Positions 1 to 8,894 of a stretch of 64,000 nt of DNA are shown here, in pieces. The translations under genes and the position numbers were made by a program. The DNA lies in IMG/VR virus record IMGVR_UViG_3300020162_002681, positions 1-64,000 of that record. One strand, 5' to 3'. Under the pieces are notes generated by a model. That model worked only from the letters and a program-made list of their open reading frames with translations, did not search any database and was not told the origin of the DNA. Within the stretch, counting starts at the first letter, position 1, and each line of letters begins with the position of its first letter. This DNA is from a virus.

Positions 1-1
1 G

Positions 2-172
2 CTTTTTTCCACAGAAGGGAAGGAGCTAGATGCTATTGAGATTGCAACCCTCATTAATTCCAAGAAATTGAAGGTACTAAGTCATCCTGTAGCAACAAAT
101 ATAAGTTTAGCCGACTTTAAACAAAGGGCTACCATCACCAGTCCCAGTAGCCTCACATTAAAAATCTCATGA
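2..172 (+). CDS. 3' part of hypothetical protein (begins before window)
   Basis: Frame 2 is open from the window edge to a TGA that overlaps the next ATG (ATGA coupling). Confidence 0.6.
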   Translation, partial: LFSTEGKELDAIEIATLINSKKLKVLSHPVATNISLADFKQRATITSPSSLTLKIS

Positions 173-882
173 AAATTCTACCCCTCTCCGACCTGCATCT
201 AGAGTTTGCACCTCTATACATTCCCAATACCGATAAAGCAGATGTCACTTTACTGTTAGGTGACATCCATACGGGTATTAAGGGTGTCCAGTGGGCTGCA
301 AACTCTATTGAGTCAAAGCATATTATCTACGTTTTGGGTAATCATGAGTATTACGGTGGCAAATATCCAGATACACTCGATAAAATTCGCGCCGAAGCTG
401 GCAAATATAGCCCAAATTTTCATATTCTTGAAAACGAGAGTGTCACTATTGACGATGTTACATTTTTTGGATGTACGTTGTGGACAGATTTTGCACTTTT
501 TGGTGATGCAACCATTGGAAAGATGGCTTGCTATGACAAACTAAATGATTACAAACAGATTCGGCTCGGAAATGACGAGCGATATCGCAAAATTAGACCT
601 GCTGACACTGAAAATTGGCATCATAACTCAATAGAGTGGTTAACAAAAGCCTTGTACGAGCAGGAACCCAACAGTAAACGGGTAATTTGCACCCACCACG
701 CACCTTCCCGCAAGTCTCTCCACCACCCCTACTTTTCTGCCCCTGCCAGTGCAGCTTACGCAAGCAATCTGGATGGTTTTGCAGCCTATAAGGCAGACAA
801 TCCGCCACCCCAGAAAAAGTGTTGGCAACAGTTTGCATTCCTACAGATGGATTCGGAGATAACACTGACAAGCCTTGCTTAG
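169..882 (+). CDS. Calcineurin-like metallophosphoesterase, C-terminally truncated
   Basis: Motifs SDLH, LGDI, GNHEYY and THHAP are present. The final GHxH motif is absent and family-like sequence stops after ASNLDGFAAYKAD. Confidence 0.85.
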   Translation: MKILPLSDLHLEFAPLYIPNTDKADVTLLLGDIHTGIKGVQWAANSIESKHIIYVLGNHEYYGGKYPDTLDKIRAEAGKYSPNFHILENESVTIDDVTFFGCTLWTDFALFGDATIGKMACYDKLNDYKQIRLGNDERYRKIRPADTENWHHNSIEWLTKALYEQEPNSKRVICTHHAPSRKSLHHPYFSAPASAAYASNLDGFAAYKADNPPPQKKCWQQFAFLQMDSEITLTSLA

Positions 883-998
883 CGTTATATCGACATGGTA
901 CTGAGATTGGGTACGCAGAAAAAACAAAGCAAGAGTTGGGCGAATTTGTCCGTGCTAATAACTCGCAAGTGGAGATAGAGTTACCTGATGAATTTTAA
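792..998 (+). pseudogene. Startless 3' remnant of a hypothetical gene
   Basis: Open frame (QSATPEKVLATVCIP...IELPDEF*) follows a TAA, has no obvious start at its 5' end, and its stop overlaps the start of the next gene. Confidence 0.5.
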
Positions 999-1474
999 AT
1001 TCAGTATTGGGCAACGTGTTCGTTTCGGCATCACTAACCAAGAATGGAAAGTATTCTCAAGACAGTTTCCTGAGTACGCTAAGGAGCCTCAATACTATCT
1101 TGAGAGCTTAACTACTCCAAGCTACAGTCAATGGGTCTTGGAGAGCGATTTACGAGAGGCAAAGAATGTTCCAAATTAACGATGAAGTTTTTGTACTGAA
1201 TCAAGGGATTATCGAGAAAGGTGTAGTGATAGGTACTCAACAAACTACTGTAAGAGGTTGCAGTGTTTTAAATCTTGTATTGATAGATTTCCCTACTAGA
1301 CCTTGTAGCAATGTCAAGCACAGACCACCACTAGATGTCTTCCAAGACTACCCTACTAATACATGGAATGAAAATCATGTATTTGAAACTATAGAAGACC
1401 TAATTAAATATTTGAAAGAGTCTTACGCACTTATTAATGGCATTAAGACTGCTGACCCCTTCTTTCTCCGTTAA
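988..1474 (+). CDS. Two small hypothetical proteins (988-1179, 1166-1474) of the F-x-I-G/N-x-x-V family
   Basis: Coupled ORFs. N-termini FKFSIGQRV and MFQINDEVFVL resemble several other small ORFs in the window. Confidence 0.7.
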
Positions 1475-1962
1475 TATTTGATTTGGTCTTTTTTGCTCAT
1501 TGGTTTAGCTTTACTAGTTTCGCGCTTATCGGCTCCAGCCATGCCGTCTTTGTCGCTCTTACTTATGTCCATCACTGGCTTGCCCTTACCTTCTTTTCTG
1601 ACCTTATCTACGAAGTCTTGAGTCTTGTCAGTCCCTGCTCCAGCTACGGCTCTGGGCTTGCGAGGCTCGACGTACTTCAAGGTAGTGTCCTTGGCAGTTT
1701 TTTCTCTTTCTGCCGCTTTGTTAGCTGCGTTTTTGTCGCTGAGAGCTTTGTTGGCGCGACCTTTGGCTTCAGATGCACCTTTACTTAAATCGGTGTAGCT
1801 GGCGTTTTTCTTAGGGTCTTTCCATGCTGCTTTACTGGCAATGTCCTTCACGGCTCCAACTGTCGTTTTGATATCTGCCTTGGCGCGAGTTAGGAAACGG
1901 TCGAGATTGCCAAGAGCGAAGTCAGCTTCGAGTGGCGAGTTCATGTGGTGGAAGTCTGTCAT
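1471..1962 (-). CDS. Lys/Ala-rich basic protein, putative internal virion protein
   Basis: 163 aa, low complexity, N-terminal ADFA motif, upstream TG-A-TATACT promoter. Confidence 0.65.
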   Translation of the reverse strand: MTDFHHMNSPLEADFALGNLDRFLTRAKADIKTTVGAVKDIASKAAWKDPKKNASYTDLSKGASEAKGRANKALSDKNAANKAAEREKTAKDTTLKYVEPRKPRAVAGAGTDKTQDFVDKVRKEGKGKPVMDISKSDKDGMAGADKRETSKAKPMSKKDQIKY

Positions 1963-2022
1963 AAGGATGATGCAATTTTTATTATTTTTATACTAGTATA
2001 TCAGGACTAGCGAGAGGTATTT

Positions 2023-2424
2023 ATGTCGGATTTTTTACAAGTTACTAATCCACTATTGCTTGAATTGCAATTTTTACTCACATCATCTCCAGTAGATTTT
2101 GATAAAGTAGAGTCAAAGCGCAGACAAATCTACCAAGAAATTATTCGTTGGGAACACTTCAAAGACCCCACTTTTAAGTTTGAAATTGGTCAAGAAGTTT
2201 GGTTTCTCAAGCATGATATGGTGCAGAAAGGAAATGTGCGTGTTCGCCAAATTACGGAGAGTTTTCAAAAGCTTAAAGATGAGGTAGATTATTTCAATAG
2301 AAGTACAGATGACAAGCTTGTTATTGCATATTCTTTGGCAGAATCTAAAACCGCAGACCCCAATTGGTTGCTCAATGAAACTACTCTTTTTGCAAGTAAA
2401 CAAGAATTATTGGAGTCGCTGTAA
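2023..2424 (+). CDS. Hypothetical protein (F-x-I-G family)
   Basis: GAGG RBS; motifs FKFEIGQEVWFL and LFASKQELLESL. Confidence 0.75.
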   Translation: MSDFLQVTNPLLLELQFLLTSSPVDFDKVESKRRQIYQEIIRWEHFKDPTFKFEIGQEVWFLKHDMVQKGNVRVRQITESFQKLKDEVDYFNRSTDDKLVIAYSLAESKTADPNWLLNETTLFASKQELLESL

Positions 2425-2481
2425 TGTGCCAAAAACAACAAGGATTTTACGGGATTAGTATGTTCGAGGGCATGTTTTAAG

Positions 2482-2904
2482 ATGTTGATTGTAGGTCATC
2501 TCAAAGAACGTCAACTTGATTCTGATATTCGCTGCGACCGCGCAACTGTACTTGGCAACCCGTTTGACTTAGTTAGTGAAAAGTTTCGTGACGAGGTTTG
2601 TGATGCTCATGAAGCTTATTTGAAACTAGTAATCAGACGTTACAATGCTGGCATGAAAGACCAGTATGTTGACCCTAGAGAAATTAGCAAAACACTACCA
2701 ATCTCTAAAGTCTGGAAAACACCCTCAACTAAAGATATCGTCTTTAAATTACATCAACTTGTTCCCTTGTATAAAGAGAAAAAAGTATGTCGAGTACGTT
2801 GTTGGTGTCGTCGAAGTGATGCTGTTGAAACTACACCTAGATGTCATCTAGATACGGTTGTCCGTTGTGTAAAGTATTGGAGTGAGAAAAGTGTCAGCAA
2901 TTAA
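2482..2904 (+). CDS. DUF4326-like protein
   Basis: DR-x-T-x-LGNPF, CWC and P-x-CH-x-D motifs typical of this phage family. Confidence 0.75.
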   Translation: MLIVGHLKERQLDSDIRCDRATVLGNPFDLVSEKFRDEVCDAHEAYLKLVIRRYNAGMKDQYVDPREISKTLPISKVWKTPSTKDIVFKLHQLVPLYKEKKVCRVRCWCRRSDAVETTPRCHLDTVVRCVKYWSEKSVSN

Positions 2905-4058
2905 TTGTCTCGGAGACGAGGAAGTGTATGGTGAAGTAGTTGAGGGCTGGACTCTTGTGAGATTGGTTCGACCTACCAACTACAAATCTCCTGAAGGTTT
3001 CTCTAGTTGCCATCAACACTCTGCAAAATTGCACAACGATGTGTATATGTTTTGGAATGATTGGGGTTTGACACGAAGCAATGACCCAGATTTTATTTTT
3101 AGCTGTGACCCGTTACCTAAAACTAGTCGCTCGAAGAAACAACTGCAACGCTTCCAGCACTATAGAGAACGCTTGACAGGTGATGTAGAAATTGGGTATA
3201 GTTTGATGGCTGCTTGCCTGAAAGCTGGCTACAACCCCAAGAAATTGCGTCTTGCAGAATGGTTAATGGATAGAATGTATCAGCATCTGAAAAACTTGGA
3301 TTGGAAACCTATTAAAGTAAGATGAAAAACAATAACTACCGACGCTACCGAACGTCATTTAATCCTTGGGGTAAACACCAGAAGCCTGAAGGAAAACGTG
3401 GGGGTCACAAGCTCAAACGGTTAGCTTGGAAAGAAGAGATTGCTATGCTTGTGGAAGAGAATCGACTCGGCAAAGTTAATAGTGTCGAAGATTTAGTGCT
3501 TGTTCTTGTAAAGGCTGGCTATAAAGTCAGTAAAACTAAAAAAGACTGGCACTATCGTTTTGAAAATGACGTAGTTTTTGGACTATTCGGTGACGACCCT
3601 GACGACCCGATGGCTCCATACACTGAAAACAAAATTTGTGCAGCAATCGCCCTTACTTTTGACAAATGGAGTACTGCCGAACTTCTCGATTTGGAGTTTT
3701 TAGGCAAAGACGCTGAAGTGGTGTTGATGGCATTGAAAGAACTTGAACACAGTGATTGGAGTAACCCATGATTGATAACTTAGAAGCCACTTTTGAAAAA
3801 TACAACGAAGACTATTTGAAATTCGATGCGATTATCGGTGAGCCTCTCCATCGAAGACGAGACATTGCTGCTTTTTTGCTCCTAGACCAACTAGTGCCGA
3901 ATGGTGACTATCCAATGGTGTCCGATGCCTCTCACGATAAGATTTGGCTTGATGTAGACTGCGATAAACTCGCTCACGCTGCCACAGAACAAGATATTTT
4001 ATATCTGGTACGTTGCGGTATACGTTATGTTGATGATTGTTTGGGGATGTTCACATGA
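2882..4058 (+). CDS. Three coupled hypothetical proteins (2882-3325, 3322-3771, 3768-4058)
   Basis: Overlapping stop/start junctions; no recognisable motif. Confidence 0.7.
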
Positions 4059-4199
4059 TTGACCCCGATGAAATCGAGCAACCTCGACTGACTAATCGTG
4101 AAAAAGTTAGAAAACCTACAGGTGGATGGACTTATTGTTATGGTTGCGATAGATGGAAACTAAATACAAAACAAGCCTCCGCAAGAGATAGGAGGGTTT

Positions 4200-4703
4200 T
4201 TGAGTAATATCGAGCGCTCCAAGTCTTTTGCAAAAGGCAATTTTGGCGAAAAAGTCGTTAAAGAGTTCTTCATCAGTAAAAACTACGAAGTAATTCCAGC
4301 TACATTAGACCAACAAATCAATGAAAGTTGGGATTTTCGTGTGATTGGCAAAAAAGACCTGCTAATTGAGGTAAAAACTGACTATGCAGCAGCAAAAACA
4401 GGGAATATTTTCCTTGAAACTGAGGTTGGGGACGGTTTGGGCTTCATAAAGAAGATAAAACCTGACAGCAGTATAGTATTTGCGTTCGTGCTGCCACAAT
4501 CACACGAAATCCTGTTCATAGATGCTCAAATGTTGTTATGTATTGAGCTAGAGAAGCTACATTTTCGCAAGTTCACGCACAAAAGTAACAATTATACTGC
4601 TGGGGGGTACTTATGCCCACAGGAAGATTTCTTTTCTTCCTGTTTTACGCGATACTCTTATGAGATTGAACAAGACGGCTCAAAAACATTTTGGAGGGAT
4701 TGA
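4200..4703 (+). CDS. PD-(D/E)XK superfamily nuclease
   Basis: G-x-x-GE helix, WDF...IEVKTD catalytic signature, TGNIFLE; GGAGG RBS with TTG start. Confidence 0.75.
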   Translation: MSNIERSKSFAKGNFGEKVVKEFFISKNYEVIPATLDQQINESWDFRVIGKKDLLIEVKTDYAAAKTGNIFLETEVGDGLGFIKKIKPDSSIVFAFVLPQSHEILFIDAQMLLCIELEKLHFRKFTHKSNNYTAGGYLCPQEDFFSSCFTRYSYEIEQDGSKTFWRD

Positions 4704-4706
4704 TTT

Positions 4707-5684
4707 ATGTTAGATGATGGTCTTTTTGAATTGCCACTAGAGGAAAGGATTGCGGTAATACGCGAAGCTAAGCCTATAGTAAAGTTCCCAAAAACTCCTA
4801 AATTCCCTCGATTTGGAATTACGATACAAAATTCACCAGAAGAGGTGGAAAAATATGCCGAAGCTCTCTTAAAATATGCTGAATTACGACGAAACTTTCT
4901 TTCGGATTACGAGGCAGCTAATATTGCTTACGAAGCTGCAAAACCTCTGAGCGCTTCTATAGAGAAGCAGGTAACTGATTTGATTTTCAATGATGTAGGT
5001 CTAGCACAACTTGGATTGCCAGAAAAGACAGTTGCAAAGCTCTGGAAAAAGGCTTGGGACGATGCTAACAACGAAAATGAAGCTATTAGCAATTTGCGTG
5101 AACTTGTAGAACTTTTCGAGGAATAACATGGCAGTATCTTTCACTCGCACTGATTGTATGTGTATGGTTTACACAGTTGAACAAGGCGAATACCGCAATG
5201 CTGATTTAGGAAACTACTACACCAAATCGGATACACAAGAGCAAGTCTTGATTACTAGCGAGAAACTTGCCACAAAGTACGGACATCTAGTTAAAGTGCC
5301 AATTTACACAAGAAAAACTAATGACAACTGAACCTAAATTTCCACCTGACATCTCGTTTGGTAAAACCAATCTAATCACAGCATTTGAAGCGTATATTAT
5401 CGATGGTGACACTATCCGAGATATATTAGCAGCAATGGACTGCAAGACTGCTTCACAAGCATATCGTCGCGCAAAACTACTTGAAATATTGGAAGAAAAT
5501 ACTAATGAAAAATAATGCTATGGAATTGTTTGACGAACTTGAAAAATCTCTGAAAGGATTAGAGCCTTGGGAGAAAGAACGTATCGAAGTCAAGTTTTTA
5601 TCTTTGCCCGAAGTCTGTAGTCTTTTATTGCTTGATAGAACTAAAGAGCTTTTGATTGTTAACACTTACTTGCCTAGAGACTAA
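4707..5684 (+). CDS. Four small hypothetical proteins (4707-5126, 5128-5331, 5321-5515, ~5505-5684)
   Basis: Tightly packed co-directional ORFs. Confidence 0.65.
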
Positions 5685-5695
5685 ATATCTCTTCC

Positions 5696-5729
5696 GATAG
5701 AGGCGCAGAAAAATAAGTTGGGTTATAGT
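5696..5729 (+). promoter_or_regulatory. Phage promoter (GATAG-AGGCGC-N17-TATAGT)
   Basis: Member of the recurrent promoter family; precedes a non-coding region. Confidence 0.55.
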
Positions 5730-5739
5730 AATTAAGTAA

Positions 5740-6040
5740 GGGAGATACAGTTGCAGATGGAACCTCTGCTCGGTCAATGAATATTGATTGATGGCGCAAC
5801 ATAAACTTTAAGACGCGCTCCCACGATGAATTTTAGCAAGTACGGAGGTGACTCTTCAAATACAAGCTAAACAACACTGGATATTCAGGAAATAGTCAAT
5901 ACCTGATTTGTGGGTTCGTTCCTGCTAACCCTAGCCGCAACTTGTGGGACTTTTTTAGGACAGCAAGCTCTGAGAGTTAGGTCTAGGACAGGGCTATCCA
6001 GCAACAAACGTTTCAGAGGGTATCGTAAACCCTCCTCCCA
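5740..6040 (+). ncRNA. Candidate ~300-nt structured RNA of unknown family
   Basis: ORF-free on the + strand, downstream of a promoter. 5' GGGAG can pair with 3' CTCCC, next to a T-arm-like hairpin GAGGGT-ATCGTAA-ACCCTC; internal hairpins include TCAAT/ATTGA. Confidence 0.45.
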
Positions 6041-6245
6041 CTCCAAGGTGGTTAATGTCTGTGTAAAAACAGATTGAAAGACAACCATCTTTCTTAAATT
6101 AATTAGGTCATTGAGATTCTACTTGGTACAAACGTACAGATGCTTCTCCAGTCTGTACCACTTTAAATTTAAGTTGTTAAATGTTGCGTAATGGCAAGAC
6201 ATCTTAGTAGAATTGACCGAGGAGACTTACAACTAGCGATAGGAT
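6031..6245 (+). ncRNA. omegaRNA (HEARO-like) of IsrB; guide ~6031-6050, scaffold from 6051
   Basis: GTTAAT(6051)/ATTAAT(6098) closing stem, GTACAGA...TCTGTAC stem with a CTTCTCC loop complementary to downstream GAGGAG, and ATTCTAC/GTAGAAT pairing. Layout matches my recollection of cyanobacterial RRXRR-gene leaders. Confidence 0.8.
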
Positions 6246-7361
6246 TATATCTAAATGCAAAATCAAGTTCGAGTTCCAGTATTAAACGTTGATGGTCAGC
6301 CTATTATGCCCACTAAGGCAAGTAGAGCGAGACGTTGGTTGAGAGATGGTAAAGCTAAAGTCGTTCATAATGATTTAGGTGTATTTCAAATCCAACTATT
6401 ACAAGAAGCCTCTGGTACGGAGCAGCAAGATATTGTTGTCGGGATTGACCAAGGTAAGCTTTTTACAGGGATGGCTGTACAGAGCAGTAAAAATACGCTA
6501 TTGATGCTACATCTTGAATTACCCTTTCTTATTGTTAAGAAGCGTATGGAGCAACGCGCAATGATGCGTAGAAACCGTAGGCACAGAAGAATTAACAGAA
6601 GTTTAACTTTTAATCTGCGTAACCACAGACAAAGAAGGAATGATAACCGTAAACAAAAAGATTTTCTACCTCCATCAATACAAGCTAATAAAAAACTAGA
6701 ACAAAGAGTGGTAACTGAACTACTCAAAGTATTCCCAGTCTCCAGCTTTGTTTTTGAACTAGTTAAGGCTAAAGGAAATTCTAGTTTCAGTCCTGTTATG
6801 CAAGGTCAATTACGACAAGTTTCTTGGCTACAGACGCTACTACCTACAGAGACTATATTTGGTTGGAAAACTTCTATCCTACGAGATAAGTTAGGTCTTG
6901 TAAAAAACAAAACTAATAAATCACTTCGAGAACCAGCTACTCATGCAATTGATGGTGTCGCTCTTGCTTGTCACTACTTCATTAAATATGTTGAAGACAA
7001 AGTTAATCAATGTTCGGATTGGTTTGGTGAAGTTGTAACTACTAAATCTCAATTTGCAGTTGTAAGAAGACCTAACTATTTCAGAAGACAGCTACATCAT
7101 TTACAAACATCTAAAAACGGTAAATTGTTACGGTTTGGCGGTTCTATAATGATTGGAGGTTTTAGGAAAGGTGATTTAATTAAGTATAGTTCCAAGAGAA
7201 GAGAAGCGGTAGGATATTGTTCGGGTTTTTGTGGTAACAAAGTGTCTATTAGTAACTCTAATTGGGTGACTACAGACAAAGTATCGTACAAAAAATGTGA
7301 ACTTTTATCTCGCTCTTGTAATTTGCTAGTCAGTGTTGTATAATATTTTTAAACCAAGGTG
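6051..7361 (+). mobile_element. Non-autonomous IS200/IS605-derived OMEGA cassette
   Basis: omegaRNA plus isrB with no tnpA; CCAAGGTG occurs at 6043-6050 and again at 7354-7361. Confidence 0.65.
6255..7343 (+). CDS. isrB: IsrB-type OMEGA RNA-guided nickase (RRXRR/PLMP + split RuvC, no HNH)
   Basis: GQPIMPTKASRARR (PLMP), VGIDQG (RuvC-I), Arg-rich bridge helix, FE (RuvC-II), THAIDG (RuvC-III); 362 aa with no HNH insert. Confidence 0.88.
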   Translation: MQNQVRVPVLNVDGQPIMPTKASRARRWLRDGKAKVVHNDLGVFQIQLLQEASGTEQQDIVVGIDQGKLFTGMAVQSSKNTLLMLHLELPFLIVKKRMEQRAMMRRNRRHRRINRSLTFNLRNHRQRRNDNRKQKDFLPPSIQANKKLEQRVVTELLKVFPVSSFVFELVKAKGNSSFSPVMQGQLRQVSWLQTLLPTETIFGWKTSILRDKLGLVKNKTNKSLREPATHAIDGVALACHYFIKYVEDKVNQCSDWFGEVVTTKSQFAVVRRPNYFRRQLHHLQTSKNGKLLRFGGSIMIGGFRKGDLIKYSSKRREAVGYCSGFCGNKVSISNSNWVTTDKVSYKKCELLSRSCNLLVSVV

Positions 7362-7605
7362 TAGGTGCATATCAGCACAAAGCTCGGAACTCTTCGGCAA
7401 ATTCCTTAATTTTTCTGGTTATGAGTGTCACAGAAAATGACGGGGCAAGCAAGTTCTGCATCAAGCGTCGAAAAGTGGAGGCAGTCATGAGCCTTTGGTT
7501 AGTAGTGTCAGTCAGGATTGCAATCTTGCCACTTGGTTTTACATCTCCCATCTCGTAGATAATCTCAAAGAGCGAACAGTTCGGCGCTATAAAGTGGGAG
7601 CGCCA
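7362..7605 (+). ncRNA. Candidate structured RNA of unknown family
   Basis: No credible ORF. Hairpins GTGC/GCAC, GTCA/TGAC and GGCGCT/AGCGCC, plus long-range GGCAA/TTGCC and CTCTT/AAGAG complementarity. Confidence 0.35.
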
Positions 7606-7614
7606 TTTCAATTT

Positions 7615-7745
7615 AGGAGAGTGGCGGAATCACTAGACGCTAAGTGCAGAAATGCCTACAGTAGAGACTAGACCTATAAGCGAAGCAGTGGATGGGTTTG
7701 TTCTGTGAAATTAGTCTCATGCAGGTGGAAATCCTGCTTCTCCTT
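7615..7745 (+). ncRNA. tRNA-like RNA without a canonical anticodon arm
   Basis: Acceptor AGGAGAG/TTCTCCT, D-arm GCG-GAATCACTAGA-CGC, T-arm GCAGG-TGGAAAT-CCTGC, long extra arm GAGACTA/TAGTCTC; no encoded CCA. Confidence 0.7.
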
Positions 7746-7747
7746 TT

Positions 7748-7812
7748 GCGCGAATTTGGGTCACTCCCAGACGGAGGGGTAACAGCCTCTGAAAGTGTTT
7801 GAACACTAGCGC
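7748..7812 (+). ncRNA. Small four-way-junction RNA candidate
   Basis: GCGC/GCGC closing stem enclosing TGGG/CCCA, GAGG/CCTC and AGTGT/ACACT hairpins. Confidence 0.4.
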
Positions 7813-7839
7813 TTCACTTTCAAATTACTAAGGAGAGCC

Positions 7840-8584
7840 GTGCCATTTTCAAGATTTAAAATTGCTTGGAAGCCTTGGTATCTTGAGTACCATTCGGGCA
7901 TCCGACTCCATTTTTATGTATCTATAATGGTCAATAACTATCCGATTTTAGTATTGTGTAAGTTTGATGACCTACATTCTACTTGGTACAGGTATGTTTT
8001 CCATTTTTTATTTTTAGCTTGGGAGCGATTTGATAATGGATGACCAATATGATACTCAAATCTACTCACTAGGCTCAGGCTGGCTCCAAGACCGCTTTGC
8101 TGAAGATTATGTTTACTCGACTCGATATTCAGCTAGACTACTTCCGTTCATTACTCGCTTACAACAAATTGTTTTAGGACTACTGGCTGACCCTAACTAT
8201 CAGGAGGATTTTTAACATGGCACGACTGACTGGCAAAAATGACATTTACTTACCCTACAAGTCAACAGAAGAGATTGCGCGAGAAGCTGTAGAGGCACAT
8301 GAAGCGCGATTCACTAAAAACGGTTGGGAACTTGCGAAAGTCATTATTCCTATTGCATTTTTAGTATTGTTGGTCAACGACATTATTTTAGTTAAGGTGT
8401 TGTAATGTTCAACATACAATTCTTTTCTGCCTCCAAGCGTCAGTGGCTATTCTACGGTTTCGTAGCGTTTACTGGTAGTCTCGATACATTCATCAGTGTT
8501 GTGTTTGAACCTTATGCAAAGGTACGACCACGAACCAGTTTGCGTGTTATCGATTTGAACACTGGCAATGTAGTATATTCCTAA
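7840..8584 (+). CDS. Four small hypothetical proteins (7840-8043, ~8036-8215, 8217-8405 with C-terminal TM helix, 8405-8584)
   Basis: AAGGAG and GGAGG RBSs; coupled ORFs. Confidence 0.6.
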
Positions 8585-8585
8585 A

Positions 8586-8620
8586 GACAGATGCAAGAGC
8601 TTCCAAAGATAAGCTACTAT
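8586..8620 (+). promoter_or_regulatory. Phage promoter driving the stem-loop array and the 605-aa gene
   Basis: GACAG-ATGCAA-N18-TACTAT; predicted start ~8627, just before unit 1. Confidence 0.6.
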
Positions 8621-8630
8621 TGATTACATC

Positions 8631-8868
8631 AGGCAAAGAAAGTTCCTTTAAACTAGAACTTAAAAATTACTTTCCGCTTGACACAAAAAGACAAAGAGAG
8701 TTCCTTTATATATCATTTCGGCTTCACCGCCGAGCTAATCTACTCCCCGTCTCCTCTTTTCATTTCGGCAACGAGAGTTCCTTATTTTAGGTTAGTTACT
8801 CTCCGCCGACTCACTTTTGAGGCAACGAAGGTTCCTTTAAACGAACTTATAACTCCATACCTTCCGCC
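8631..8868 (+). repeat. Four-unit array of a covarying RNA stem-loop motif
   Basis: Units at 8631-8679, 8689-8752, 8765-8809 and 8821-8868. Consensus GRC-AAM-GARRGT-TCCTT-variable-TACYYYC-C-GYY with compensatory base changes. Confidence 0.85.
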
Positions 8869-8894
8869 ACTATATTTACTCAGGAAAATTAGCC

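Noticed and set aside
6255-7343. IscB or Cas9
   Set aside because: There is no HNH domain between RuvC-II and RuvC-III, and the size fits IsrB.
5740-7605. Group I intron or IStron around isrB
   Set aside because: No convincing P7 (R/S) core and no interrupted exon were found by eye.
7615-7745. Functional tRNA-Leu or tRNA-Ser
   Set aside because: No 5-bp stem with a 7-nt anticodon loop; reported as a tRNA mimic instead.
8631-8868. Mini CRISPR array
   Set aside because: The units are not identical repeats. They covary as RNA stems with the variable part inside the loop, the linkers are only 9-12 nt, and no cas genes are present.
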